NCBI GenBank assembly: GCA_004293815.1
Contig: RDZD01000016.1
Span: 1-62,140, forward strand
Length of the DNA stretch: 62,140 nucleotides
Source: Cytophagales bacterium
Lineage (GTDB): Bacteria; Bacteroidota; Bacteroidia; Cytophagales; Bernardetiaceae
Direction: 5' to 3'
The notes under the pieces were generated by a model that was given only the letters and a program-made list of their open reading frames with translations, searched no databases and was not told the DNA's origin. Position numbers and translations under genes: made by a program. Below, piece by piece: positions 48,777 through 59,149 of this stretch; within the stretch, counting starts at the first letter, position 1; each line of letters starts with the position of its first letter.

Positions 48777-49454
48777 ATGACCACAAAACGTTTTTTGTAT
48801 TCTATTTTATTCCTTTTGTGCTCTTTTACCTTTGTAATCCATAGCGCACAAGCTCAAGACGATGCAGATGATGCTGGTTGGATTGAAGACCCGCTCAAGA
48901 AGCCTGCTATCTGGGAAAAACTTTTGGACAACCCCACGGACTCAGAACTCTGGGAAAGCTATGTGGGGCAAGAAATGAAAGGCATGAGCCCCAAAGAGCG
49001 TGAAAGACTAAACCTTTGGAAGCAAGAACTTATGCTTCGTCATATTTTAGACAACGAAAACGTGATTGGCATTAAAGTGAATGATAAAGCTACCGATGGG
49101 GTATTTATTGACGAGACAGCCTTTAAAGAATTTCAACAAAAGCTAAAAGATGCTCCCAAAGGTGAGAGCATTACGGTAGCAGAAATTGCTGGTATAGAAG
49201 CTATTATTATGTCTGAACAGAGTGATCTCAAAGAGTTACGCACCAATGTGGCTCAGAATTTTGTAATTCTTGAAGATGTCTACTTTGATGCTTTTGAACA
49301 GCTCGGAGTCAAGTATCTGTACTACAAAGACAAATACCCAAAAGGCGAAATAACCCAAATGAAGTGGGTGGAGCAACATGACGAAGAACTCAAAAAACTC
49401 AAAAAAAATGAGTTTGATAAGTTACGCGCTCAAATGAAAGGCAGCAATAAATAA
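48777..49454 (+). CDS. hypothetical secreted charged protein (225 aa)
   Basis: A signal peptide (FVIHSAQAQ) is followed by a Glu/Lys-rich helical sequence. Confidence 0.45.
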   Translation: MTTKRFLYSILFLLCSFTFVIHSAQAQDDADDAGWIEDPLKKPAIWEKLLDNPTDSELWESYVGQEMKGMSPKERERLNLWKQELMLRHILDNENVIGIKVNDKATDGVFIDETAFKEFQQKLKDAPKGESITVAEIAGIEAIIMSEQSDLKELRTNVAQNFVILEDVYFDAFEQLGVKYLYYKDKYPKGEITQMKWVEQHDEELKKLKKNEFDKLRAQMKGSNK

Positions 49455-49484
49455 AGTAAACAGACATAAAAACAATTTAGACTT

Positions 49485-49521
49485 GTGCGCTTGCGTTTTC
49501 TTAACCAAGCGCACTTTTTTT
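49485..49521 (+). terminator. rho-independent terminator (GTGCGCTTG-12 nt loop-CAAGCGCAC followed by T7)
   Basis: A perfect 9-bp GC-rich stem is followed by a run of seven T, 31 bp after the stop of the preceding gene. Confidence 0.8.
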
Positions 49522-49832
49522 ATTCAAGCAGGCTCTTAAAAAAACCTTTAAACGGTTTTAAGAAAACAAGTTACAACATAAAGCACCTTATCTAAAGAAC
49601 AAAGAACTTGGCATTTCTTACATCCACATAAGCCAAGATAATTCTAGGCTTATGTTAAAAAAGACGGTCTATACCAAAAAAAACTAAAAACTGTATCTAA
49701 AATTGGCTTTTGCAAATATAAAATTTATATTTGCACGTGAAAGATTTACTTTTGCACTGTTTTTTTGGACACCCAACGGAGCAAATTTTCTGGTTCACAC
49801 TTCATAAAAAAATATTACACAAAAATACCGTT

Positions 49833-50714
49833 ATGAGCGTTTTAGTAAACAAAAATTCTCGTGTGTTGGTACAGGGCTTTACAGGCAAAGAAGGTACTTT
49901 CCATGCTACTCAGATGATAGAATACGGCACAAACGTGGTGGGTGGAGTTACACCTGGACGTGGTGGCGAAACACACCTTAATAAGCCTGTCTTCAACACG
50001 GTTCAGGAGGCTGTTCAAGCTACTCAAGCAGACGTTTCTATTATTTTTGTGCCGCCTGCTTTTGCAGCAGATGCCATCATGGAGGCCGCTGATGCTGGCG
50101 TGAAACTGATTGTGTGTATTTCGGAGGGTATTCCAGTCAAAGACATGATTGCGGTTAAGGCATACATTTCAGATAAATCTTGCCGCTTGGTGGGGCCTAA
50201 CTGCCCTGGTCTTATCACGCCAGGCGAAGCCAAAGTAGGTATTATGCCTGGCTTCATACATCGCAAAGGTAGAATCGGTATCGTGTCACGCTCAGGCACA
50301 CTCACCTACGAAGCCGTAGACCAAATCACTAAAATTGGCATGGGACAGTCCACTTGCATTGGCATAGGAGGCGACCCTATCATTGGCACAACCACTAAAG
50401 AAGCCGTCCAAATGCTTATGGAAGACCCCGAAACCGATGCTATTGTTATGATTGGTGAAATCGGAGGCGGCATGGAAGCAGAGGCCGCACGCTGGATACA
50501 ACAACATGGCACTAAGCCTGTAGTGGGCTTTATTGCTGGACGCACTGCGCCAAAAGGCAAGAGAATGGGACACGCTGGTGCCATTATTGGCGGCGAAGAT
50601 GACACCGCAGAAGCCAAAATGAAAATCATGGCTGAGTGCGGACTTTATGTAGTGGAGTCGCCAGCTAATATCGGTGAAACTATGAAAAAAGCTTTAGATG
50701 CAGTAAAAGCATAA
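49833..50714 (+). CDS. sucD: succinate--CoA ligase [ADP/GDP-forming] subunit alpha
   Basis: The CoA-binding N-terminus ([14 protein letters not shown]), the active-site His region ([10 protein letters not shown]) and the ~294-aa length match SucD. The ORF-track extension upstream of MSVLVNK is unlikely to be translated. Confidence 0.95.
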   Translation: MSVLVNKNSRVLVQGFTGKEGTFHATQMIEYGTNVVGGVTPGRGGETHLNKPVFNTVQEAVQATQADVSIIFVPPAFAADAIMEAADAGVKLIVCISEGIPVKDMIAVKAYISDKSCRLVGPNCPGLITPGEAKVGIMPGFIHRKGRIGIVSRSGTLTYEAVDQITKIGMGQSTCIGIGGDPIIGTTTKEAVQMLMEDPETDAIVMIGEIGGGMEAEAARWIQQHGTKPVVGFIAGRTAPKGKRMGHAGAIIGGEDDTAEAKMKIMAECGLYVVESPANIGETMKKALDAVKA

Positions 50715-50720
50715 ATATTC

Positions 50721-50766
50721 AAAGCTGTTCATAGATAGCGACTTTGAGTTATCTATGAACAGCTTT
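50721..50766. repeat. perfect 17-bp inverted repeat AAAGCTGTTCATAGATA / TATCTATGAACAGCTTT with a 12-nt loop
   Basis: It is seen directly in the sequence. It lies 7 bp after the sucD stop and 105 bp before the next gene. No T-tract follows it on the plus strand. Confidence 0.5.
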
Positions 50767-50871
50767 GAGAGAGCATCAAATCGACTAATTATCAATTGCA
50801 TAAAACTAGTTTTTTATAAGATTGAACTATAAATAACCACTTTAAATAATTTGTCATAGACTTTCAGGTCA

Positions 50872-52119
50872 ATGTCAGAGGTAAAAGAAACTCTAAAATC
50901 GCCGCTAAGACAAGCACTCGATAGATTTGTAGCTAATAAGCCAGCTGTTTTTGGCTTGTTTGTTATTATATTGTCTATTTTAGTCATGGCAAGCGGTACT
51001 TTGTTTTTGAGAGATAAAACACCTGACGCAAACAACGGAGACACTAGGATTCACAAGAAACCACCTGGCTACAAGGTGAAAGTGCTCAAGTTTATCAAAG
51101 ACCGAGATATTGACCAAGTGGGCTTCTTTACAAAACTTTATTGGGGACAAGAAGACAATTATACGATTGTGCCCGTTGAAGAATTTGCGATAGAGGGCAA
51201 TCAAATCAAGTTTGTAAATTGCGACCGCCGCAAAAGCAGTGAAACAGCCACACTCATCAAAGCCATGCGCCGCATCAATAATGATCCACCCGCACAGCTT
51301 CGTTTGGACAGTATCGCTAATTTTGTGGTGGAAGGTGACCAAATAACCTATATAAGCCCTGATAACAAAGTTGTTTCTGAGAGCTTGAGTAAGCTTAAAA
51401 AAGAGTTTGAAACACAACTGGTAGAAGAGCGTTATTATCCTCTCGGCACCGATGCACTAGGGGCAGATATGCTGAGCCGACTAATGCTCGGCACTAGGGT
51501 ATCGCTTCTGATTGGCTTTTTGGCTGTGCTTATTTCTATGCTCATCGGTGTTCCAGTGGGTGCACTGGCGGGTTATATGGGTGGACGCGTGGACGCACTC
51601 TTTATGTGGCTGATGACGGTGGTATGGTCTATACCGAGTATTATGTTGGTCATTGTCATTAGTCTGGCTTTGGGCAGCAAAGAAATTTGGGTTATTTTTG
51701 TGGCAGTAGGTTTTACTATGTGGGGCGATGTAGCGCGTGTAGTTCGCGGTCAGATGTTGAGTATCAAGGAAAAACTATTTATAGAAGCTGCCAAAGCTTT
51801 TGGCATGGGCAACGGGCGCATTATTTTCAAGCATGTCATGCCAAACATTACAGCCCCTATCATCGTAACTGCTACAGCTAATTTTGCCTCTGCTATTCTT
51901 ATTGAAGCAGGTTTAAGCTTTCTGGGCTTGGGCGTGCAGCCACCTACACCTTCGTGGGGACAAATGGTGCATGAAGGTTTTAAAGCCTTAGGCTCTGAAA
52001 ATAGCCTTCATCTTATTCTTTTGCCAAGTATTTGTATCTGGCTACTTGTTTTGTCCTTCAATTTACTTGGCAATGGCATCAAAGATGCGTTTTTGCCCAG
52101 TGAGGGACGCAAATTCTAA
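50872..52119 (+). CDS. peptide-type ABC transporter permease (DppC/OppC-like) with a ~190-aa N-terminal extracytoplasmic extension
   Basis: The C-terminal 230 aa carry the BPD_transp_1 EAA motif (IEAAKAFGMGNGRIIFKHVMPN). An N-terminal TM helix and a long loop precede the core, which is common in Bacteroidota OppC homologues. Confidence 0.85.
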   Translation: MSEVKETLKSPLRQALDRFVANKPAVFGLFVIILSILVMASGTLFLRDKTPDANNGDTRIHKKPPGYKVKVLKFIKDRDIDQVGFFTKLYWGQEDNYTIVPVEEFAIEGNQIKFVNCDRRKSSETATLIKAMRRINNDPPAQLRLDSIANFVVEGDQITYISPDNKVVSESLSKLKKEFETQLVEERYYPLGTDALGADMLSRLMLGTRVSLLIGFLAVLISMLIGVPVGALAGYMGGRVDALFMWLMTVVWSIPSIMLVIVISLALGSKEIWVIFVAVGFTMWGDVARVVRGQMLSIKEKLFIEAAKAFGMGNGRIIFKHVMPNITAPIIVTATANFASAILIEAGLSFLGLGVQPPTPSWGQMVHEGFKALGSENSLHLILLPSICIWLLVLSFNLLGNGIKDAFLPSEGRKF

Positions 52120-52166
52120 AAAACTGCTTGGTTAAAAACCTTTAGTTTTATATTCAACACAACATC

Positions 52167-53156
52167 ATGGATACTTCTCAATTTATTCAGCTCACACGCC
52201 GACCACGACGTTTGCGCCAGTCTGTTGCTATCAGAAATTTGGTAGAAGAGACCCAAATCCATACCAAAGATTTAGTCCAACCCCTCTTCCTGATGAGCGG
52301 ACAAAATACCAAAGAGGATATTCCATCTATGCCCAACATTTATAGATTAAGCCTAGATTTGCTTCTGTATGAAGTGGAAGATTGTCTCAAATTGGGTATT
52401 CAGGCTTTTGCACCTTTTCCTTATCTTCCCGACCACGAAAAAGACCACTTAGCCACTCGCAGCGTCCAAGAAGACGGACTTTACTTGAACGCTATTCGTA
52501 TGCTCAAGCAGAAGTTCCCTGAAATATGCCTCTTTACAGATGTGGCTATGGATCCTTACAGTTCAGATGGTCATGATGGCATTGTAGAGAATGATGAAAT
52601 TTTGAACGATGAAACACTCGTCGTGCTTGGAAAAATGGCTTTGGCTCAAGCTCAGGCGGGTGCAGACTTTGTAGCCCCCTCAGACATGATGGACGGACGC
52701 GTAGGATACATACGCGAGGTACTGGATCAGGCAGGCTACCATAAAGTAGGCATCATGGCCTATACCGCCAAGTATGCAAGTGCTTTTTACGGCCCTTTCC
52801 GTGATGCACTCCAGTCTGCGCCTAAGTTTGGCGATAAAAAGACATACCAAATGAACCCCGCGAATAGTCAAGAAGCACTGGTTGAGGCTGAGCTAGACTT
52901 TTTGGAAGGGGCAGACATGATGATGGTAAAACCCGCTTTGTCTTATTTAGATATCATTCAAAAACTATCACAAAACTTCAATATTCCTATTGCAGCTTAT
53001 AACGTGAGTGGTGAATATGCTATGCTTAAAGCCGCTGCGCAAAACAAATGGATAGATGGCGACCGTGTAGCGCACGAAATTTTGCTTTCAATTAAAAGAG
53101 CTGGTGCAAAGGTTATTTTTACATATTTAGCCAAAGAGTTTGCAGCCCGTTCTTAA
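52167..53156 (+). CDS. hemB: porphobilinogen synthase (delta-aminolevulinic acid dehydratase)
   Basis: RRLRQS, the active-site Lys regions (GADMMMVKPAL, SGEYAM) and the ~329-aa length match HemB. Confidence 0.95.
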   Translation: MDTSQFIQLTRRPRRLRQSVAIRNLVEETQIHTKDLVQPLFLMSGQNTKEDIPSMPNIYRLSLDLLLYEVEDCLKLGIQAFAPFPYLPDHEKDHLATRSVQEDGLYLNAIRMLKQKFPEICLFTDVAMDPYSSDGHDGIVENDEILNDETLVVLGKMALAQAQAGADFVAPSDMMDGRVGYIREVLDQAGYHKVGIMAYTAKYASAFYGPFRDALQSAPKFGDKKTYQMNPANSQEALVEAELDFLEGADMMMVKPALSYLDIIQKLSQNFNIPIAAYNVSGEYAMLKAAAQNKWIDGDRVAHEILLSIKRAGAKVIFTYLAKEFAARS

Positions 53157-53361
53157 AAAAGGTTTTAGTTTTTGTAATATTACATGAGCAATGCTAATTG
53201 AACTGATAAACACATCTTTTTTTATTTTATGTTCTAAATTTTCGTATTTTTGCAAGCACAAGATTGCCCCCATAAAGCACTTATTCTGCCCCCCGACATC
53301 ACGTTAGATGCTTTTTTCTACTCAACTTTGGTAGTTTTCTTTAGTTTCTCTTAACTCGTTC

Positions 53362-54810
53362 ATGCTGGTTTACTCACTTAGAATTGCGGTGCTGAGCTTT
53401 TTGCTCTTGTCCACCAATGCGCTTTTAGCTCAAAAAAACACATGGGATTTGCAAACTTGCATAGACTACGCCCTCAAAAACAACCTTCAACTTCAGCAAA
53501 ATAGCCTCAATATTGCACGCGCACAGTCCAATCTTAGTGCTGCCAAAGAGGCTTTTTATCCCAACTTGAATGCTAGCTCAAGTCTAGGTTCTAACTTTGG
53601 ACGCTCTATTGACCCTTTTACCAACACGTTCGTGAACAAGCGTATAGAAAGCGTGAACACGTCCATAGGCGCGAACATGACCCTCTACAATGGCGGCACT
53701 GTGCGCCAAACTATCCAGCAAAACAGCGTAGACCTGAGCACGGAACAAGCCAACTTACAACGTGCTCAAAATGATCTGATGCTTAATGTAGCCTCTGCCT
53801 TCTTGCTTGTGCTACAGAATACGGAGCTTCTTAACAACGCCAAATTACAAATAGTAGGTGTCAAAGAGCAAATAGATCGCACTGAAAAGCTCATCAAGGC
53901 AGGAGCACTAGCCGAATCGGCTATTTTTACACTCAACTCTCAGCTTGCCACCAATGAAGTGCAGATTGTGAATGCCGAAAACGGCCTCATGCTGGCCAAA
54001 ATACAACTCAAGCAGCTTTTACAGATGCCTGCCAACGAAGTTCTAGAAATAGCCGTTCCGATTTTGCCAGACGTAGATGTTAATGCTGTGTTGATGAATA
54101 CGGACGAGATTTATGCCGCCGCAGAAAGTACCCTACCACAAATCAAAGCAGCGGACTTGGGTATAAAAAGCTCCGCCATTGGCATCAAGTTAGCGCAAGC
54201 TAACCGTCTTCCTGTAATTACCTTTGGAGCTAATGCCTTTACGGGTTATAGTAGCGCACAGAATAAATTTTTTGAGGGTGATGGCACAAAAACCACCGTT
54301 GAACTACCTGTTGGCTACTTGGGTAGTGATCCTACTCAGCTGGTTTTTAAGCAACAAGAAATCCCTAATGGTAAAATTGTAGATTTTGGCTTTGGCCGCC
54401 AATTTAAAGAGAGTTTTCGCCATAACTACGGACTTTCATTGCAAGTACCCATATACAACCGCGGACAAGTGCGGAATGCCACCAGACAAGCTCAAATCCG
54501 ATTGAGTGCCTCCGAAATAAACGCAAAAATTGTGCGTAATCAACTGCGCCAGACCATAGAGCAAGCCTACGCAGACGCACGCGCTGCACAGGCCTCATTT
54601 ACAGCCAACACACGCCGCTATGAGGTTTTGAAACAAAGCTACGACATGACCGAAAAAAGTTTGGCACTAGGACGCGCCAATGCTTCAGAGTTTAACTTAG
54701 CTAAAAACAACCTTGATATTGCTCAAAACGAGTTGATTAGAGCCAAATATGACTATATTTTTAGACTAAAAGTTTTAGACTTTTATATGGGAAAACCGCT
54801 CTCTCTCTAA
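53362..54810 (+). CDS. TolC-family outer membrane efflux protein
   Basis: A signal peptide is followed by two OEP repeats rich in Q/N/L/A coiled-coil segments, in a ~480-aa protein. Confidence 0.85.
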   Translation: MLVYSLRIAVLSFLLLSTNALLAQKNTWDLQTCIDYALKNNLQLQQNSLNIARAQSNLSAAKEAFYPNLNASSSLGSNFGRSIDPFTNTFVNKRIESVNTSIGANMTLYNGGTVRQTIQQNSVDLSTEQANLQRAQNDLMLNVASAFLLVLQNTELLNNAKLQIVGVKEQIDRTEKLIKAGALAESAIFTLNSQLATNEVQIVNAENGLMLAKIQLKQLLQMPANEVLEIAVPILPDVDVNAVLMNTDEIYAAAESTLPQIKAADLGIKSSAIGIKLAQANRLPVITFGANAFTGYSSAQNKFFEGDGTKTTVELPVGYLGSDPTQLVFKQQEIPNGKIVDFGFGRQFKESFRHNYGLSLQVPIYNRGQVRNATRQAQIRLSASEINAKIVRNQLRQTIEQAYADARAAQASFTANTRRYEVLKQSYDMTEKSLALGRANASEFNLAKNNLDIAQNELIRAKYDYIFRLKVLDFYMGKPLSL

Positions 54811-54827
54811 ATCGCTTGCTTCAAAGC

Positions 54828-56105
54828 TCACAGACGTAGATCTTTAACCGCTTGGTGAAGGGCTTCGTAAAAAGCATACACGTCCTCAAAGGTGTTGTAC
54901 AGCGGTACGGGTGCTACTCTGACCACATCGGGTTCGCGCCAGTCCGTAACAACACCGTTTTGACTCAGATATTGATGTATTTCTCGTCCGTGTTTGTCAA
55001 AAACTAAAGAAAGCTGACAACCGCGCTCTTCTTCGGCAGTGGGCGTAAGGATTTGTACATTGACTGCATGTTGTTCTTGTGAAAAAGCTCTCACAAGGGT
55101 TTCCATAGTTCGGGTGAGCATTCTAGACTTTTCATGTAAATTGCTCATAGGCATAGCAGCTTTGAACACATCTAAAGACGCTCTATAAGCTGCCATGAGC
55201 AAAATAGGTACGTTGCTCAACTGCCAAGCTTCAGCGGTGGGAGCTGGTTCAAACTGCTTTGGCATCTTGAAGCGCGTGAGCGGATTGTGTCCCCACCAGC
55301 CTTCCAGACGCGGTATACCTGGTTTTTGGTGATGTTTTTCGTGAACAAAAGCACAAGCCACACCGCCAGGGCCAGAGTTAAGATATTTGTAAGTACACCA
55401 CACCGCAAAGTCCACCTCCCATTCATGCAGGTGCATGAGCGTATTACCTGCTGCATGTGCGAGGTCAAAGCCCACACGCGCACCCACACGATGGCCCGCC
55501 TTAGTAATTTCGGGCATGTTGTAGAACTGGCCTGTATAGTAATTTACTCCACTGAGCATAACTAGAGCCAGCTCTTCATCTAGTTGCTCTATAGTTTGTA
55601 TTAAATCTTCGGTTCTGAGCAAATGTTCACCCTCTCGAGGCGCGACTTCAACCACACAAGAGGGATCTAAACCATACAAACGCACTTGAGAATGAACAGC
55701 ATATCTGTCTGACGGAAAAGCATCACTCTCAATAAGTATTTTACGTCTTCGGCCAAAAGGACGGTAAAAAGAGAGCATAAAAAGATGTAGGTTTACCGTG
55801 AGGCTGTTCATTACCACCACCTCGTGCGGCAGTGCCCCTACTAGTTCTGCAGACTGTTCGTTAACTAAAAGCTCGTAGCTTTTCCATGGGTTTACAGCAT
55901 GAAAATGTCCTTCCACACCAAACTCTTGCCATTTGAGCAACTCTTCTTGCACATAAGCAGGAGTGTTTTTAGGCTGTAAGCCTAAGGAGTTGCCACAGAA
56001 ATACCTCACATCTTGGCCTTTGTGTTGGGGTATAAAAAAATGGTGGCGAAAAGAAGGAGTGTTGTTGTCTAAAAACAAACAGTCTGATTTATGAATAGTG
56101 GCCAT
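54828..56105 (-). CDS. kynU: kynureninase
   Basis: YFCGNSLGLQPK, the PLP-lysine region (WCTYKYLNSGPGGVA) and the length match kynureninase. The start is chosen at MATIHKS. Confidence 0.9.
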   Translation of the reverse strand: MATIHKSDCLFLDNNTPSFRHHFFIPQHKGQDVRYFCGNSLGLQPKNTPAYVQEELLKWQEFGVEGHFHAVNPWKSYELLVNEQSAELVGALPHEVVVMNSLTVNLHLFMLSFYRPFGRRRKILIESDAFPSDRYAVHSQVRLYGLDPSCVVEVAPREGEHLLRTEDLIQTIEQLDEELALVMLSGVNYYTGQFYNMPEITKAGHRVGARVGFDLAHAAGNTLMHLHEWEVDFAVWCTYKYLNSGPGGVACAFVHEKHHQKPGIPRLEGWWGHNPLTRFKMPKQFEPAPTAEAWQLSNVPILLMAAYRASLDVFKAAMPMSNLHEKSRMLTRTMETLVRAFSQEQHAVNVQILTPTAEEERGCQLSLVFDKHGREIHQYLSQNGVVTDWREPDVVRVAPVPLYNTFEDVYAFYEALHQAVKDLRL

Positions 56106-56228
56106 CGTAAAGTTTATCGTTTGAGTGCACTGGGTGCAAATATACACTTTTTGGATTAGCTCCAAAACTAAAAAATATAGTCCAGACTTTGAGTCTGGAC
56201 TATGAAACTTTGAGTAAAAAAATACTCG

Positions 56229-58838
56229 TTAAATGACATTTTCAAATATAAACTGCCGAGCGTTGACATCGTAGTCTATCATCACCGCGCTTGAACGGAT
56301 TATTTTGCCCTGCAAAATCTGTTTTGAAAGTTCATTGAGTATATTTTTTTGGATAAAACGCTTGAGCGGTCTTGCGCCAAAATCAGTATCTGCACCTCTT
56401 TGCACCAGTGCCTCAATGGCCTGTGGCGTGGCATCTACATATAAATCGTTTTCAGCCAAACGCTTTTGCAATTCTCTAATTTGAATACGGGCTATTTCAG
56501 TCAATATCTCATAACTTAATGGCCTGAATATCAAAACTTCATCTACACGGTTTAGGAATTCTGGTTTGAGAGTGCGCTTCAAATGTTCGTAGGCTTGTTC
56601 TTGTGTGCGCTCATAAATTTTGGCTTCGCTGAGATCCGTTCGCTGGTAGTTCTTTGTGATTAGTTCTGCGCCCATGTTGGAGGTCATGACAATAATGGTA
56701 TTTTTAAAATTAGCCAGTCTTCCTTTGTTATCAGTCAGCTGCCCGTCATCTAATACCTGTAAAAGCACATTGAAAACGTCTGGGTGTGCTTTTTCTATTT
56801 CATCTAACAGCATCACACTGTAAGGTCTCCTTCTGATAATCTCTGTTAGCTGTCCGCCCTCATCGTAGCCCACATAGCCAGGGGGCGAACCAATGAGCCT
56901 GCTCACACTGTGTCGCTCCTGATACTCAGACATATCTATGCGTACGATGGCATTTTCGTCGTTAAAAAGCTGTTCTGCAAGTGCTTTTGCTAATTCAGTC
57001 TTACCCACACCCGTAGGCCCCATAAAAATGAAAGAGGCCATGGGTTTTTTAGGATCTTGTAAATTGGCGCGGCTTCTTCTTACGGCATCTGCCACCGCTA
57101 CAATGGCCTCTTTCTGCCCTGCCACGCGCAGCGAGAGTTCTTGCTCTAAATTGAGCAATTTTTCTTTGTCGCTTTGTAGCATTTTGCTCACAGGTACGCC
57201 CGTCCAACGAGCCACCACCTCCGCAATTCGCTCTGCTGTAACTTCTTCTTTCATCACTTGGTTATTGCCGTTTTTGTCCATATTAGCCAATTGATTTTCA
57301 AGTTCCAGAAGTTTGGTTTGAGCGTCTTTAATGAGTCCGTAACGCAACTCCGCAGCCCGCCCATAGTCGGCGTTTCTTTCGGCTTGTTCTGCCTCCAGAT
57401 TGTATTGTTCAATATTCTTTTTTTGTGTTCTGATGTTATCCAGTAAATGTTTTTCACTTTGCCAGTCTTCCAAAAGCAAGGTTCTTTGTGAGTTGAGATC
57501 CGCAATTTCTTTGCTCAACAAAGCTTCTTTGTCGGGATCCTTTTCGCGGCGAATAGCTTCTCTTTCGATTTCTAGCTGCATGATACGCCTTTGCACCTCG
57601 TCTAGAGCTTCTGGCATAGAATTTATCTCAATTCTGAGCTTGGCAGCCGCTTCGTCCATCAAGTCAATGGCCTTATCTGGTAGAAACCTATCTGAAATAT
57701 AGCGGCTTGAAAGCTGCACTGCCGCCATAACAGCCGCATCGAGTATGCGCACACCATGATGCAGTTCGTATTTTTCTTTGATTCCTCTCAGAATTGAAAT
57801 GGCATCAGCCTGTGAGGGTTCATCAACAAAAATGCTCTGAAAACGCCGTTCTAAGGCTTTATCTTTTTCTATGTATTTTTGGTACTCATTTAGTGTAGTG
57901 GCTCCAACTACACGCAGCTCCCCCCGAGCCAGAGCAGGCTTGAGCAAGTTGGCAGCGTCAAGTGCGCTATCACCCCCGCTCCCTGTGCCTATGAGCGTAT
58001 GTATTTCGTCAATAAACAAAATGATTTGACCTTCAGCAGCTACCACCTCTTGAATAACAGATTTGAGCCTCTCTTCAAACTCTCCTTTGTATTTTGCACC
58101 AGCCACCAAAAGCCCCATATCTAGTACAAAAAGGCGAACATTCTGGAGATTTTCGGGCACATCTCCTGCCACAATGCGCCTAGCCAAACCTTCCACAATG
58201 GCGGTTTTGCCTACGCCCGGTTCTCCGATAAGCATGGGGTTGTTCTTGGTACGCCTAGATATGATTTGCAGCAAACGCCTAATTTCTTCATCGCGGCCAA
58301 TGACAGGATCTATTTTTCCAGCCTTCACAAGCTCTATAAGATCTTTGGCATATCGGCTGAGCGCACGGTAAGTATTTTCAGCGTTCTGGTCGCTTACTTT
58401 TTTTAAACCGCGAAGGTCTTTAATGGCTTTAATCGCTATTTTTTCATCAAAACCGTTGTTTTTGAGGCTGTAAGCTACTTGGTCTGTGTTGCTGCCCAAG
58501 GCCAAAAACAAATGCTCGAGAGCCACAAAATCGTCTTTAAACTCTTGACGATAATTTTCAGCTTTAGACAGCACTTGATGTGCTTGAGAGGATAAATAAG
58601 CTGACTGTTGGCCAGAAGATTTTGGGTAGGAAAGTAGCGTTTTTTCAAGTTCGTCAAGAAGCGCGGCCTTACCTATCCCTATTTTCTGAAATAAAAATTC
58701 AAAAAGTTTTTCATCCGTAAGCCAAAGAGCTTTGAGGATATGACCTGTTTGAATAATTTGCTGCTGTGATGAGGTAGCTATTTGTGAAGCCTTTTCTATG
58801 CTTTCGTATGCTTTGACGGTATATTTGTCCAGATTCAT
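56229..58838 (-). CDS. clpB: ATP-dependent chaperone ClpB
   Basis: Two AAA+ modules are present ([30 protein letters not shown]). A long coiled-coil M-domain separates them, and the sensor-2 and C-terminal D2 small domains are also present, in an 869-aa protein. Confidence 0.95.
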   Translation of the reverse strand: MNLDKYTVKAYESIEKASQIATSSQQQIIQTGHILKALWLTDEKLFEFLFQKIGIGKAALLDELEKTLLSYPKSSGQQSAYLSSQAHQVLSKAENYRQEFKDDFVALEHLFLALGSNTDQVAYSLKNNGFDEKIAIKAIKDLRGLKKVSDQNAENTYRALSRYAKDLIELVKAGKIDPVIGRDEEIRRLLQIISRRTKNNPMLIGEPGVGKTAIVEGLARRIVAGDVPENLQNVRLFVLDMGLLVAGAKYKGEFEERLKSVIQEVVAAEGQIILFIDEIHTLIGTGSGGDSALDAANLLKPALARGELRVVGATTLNEYQKYIEKDKALERRFQSIFVDEPSQADAISILRGIKEKYELHHGVRILDAAVMAAVQLSSRYISDRFLPDKAIDLMDEAAAKLRIEINSMPEALDEVQRRIMQLEIEREAIRREKDPDKEALLSKEIADLNSQRTLLLEDWQSEKHLLDNIRTQKKNIEQYNLEAEQAERNADYGRAAELRYGLIKDAQTKLLELENQLANMDKNGNNQVMKEEVTAERIAEVVARWTGVPVSKMLQSDKEKLLNLEQELSLRVAGQKEAIVAVADAVRRSRANLQDPKKPMASFIFMGPTGVGKTELAKALAEQLFNDENAIVRIDMSEYQERHSVSRLIGSPPGYVGYDEGGQLTEIIRRRPYSVMLLDEIEKAHPDVFNVLLQVLDDGQLTDNKGRLANFKNTIIVMTSNMGAELITKNYQRTDLSEAKIYERTQEQAYEHLKRTLKPEFLNRVDEVLIFRPLSYEILTEIARIQIRELQKRLAENDLYVDATPQAIEALVQRGADTDFGARPLKRFIQKNILNELSKQILQGKIIRSSAVMIDYDVNARQFIFENVI

Positions 58839-59149
58839 GATGTTTGTTATGCTTTGTGTGCTTGAAGATGTTTCCCGTGAAACGACTACTTAAGCTTTAT
58901 CAAACTATATACCTTTGCTAGAATTATGACAAAAAGACTTGTTTTCGTAGCAAAGCAGCTCATTTTTAAATACAAATCTGACTTTTTTACAGTTAAATCA
59001 TTTTTTTGACAAAATCCAGACGCTACACCAAACCGCTGGACTTGGAGAACATCTAGAGTATGTTGTTTTTATAGAAAATATTAAAGACCTTAGAGGCTTA
59101 AAAGTGTTGTATTCATGCTTTGTTAAATCTCTTACTTTCTATTGCTTAT

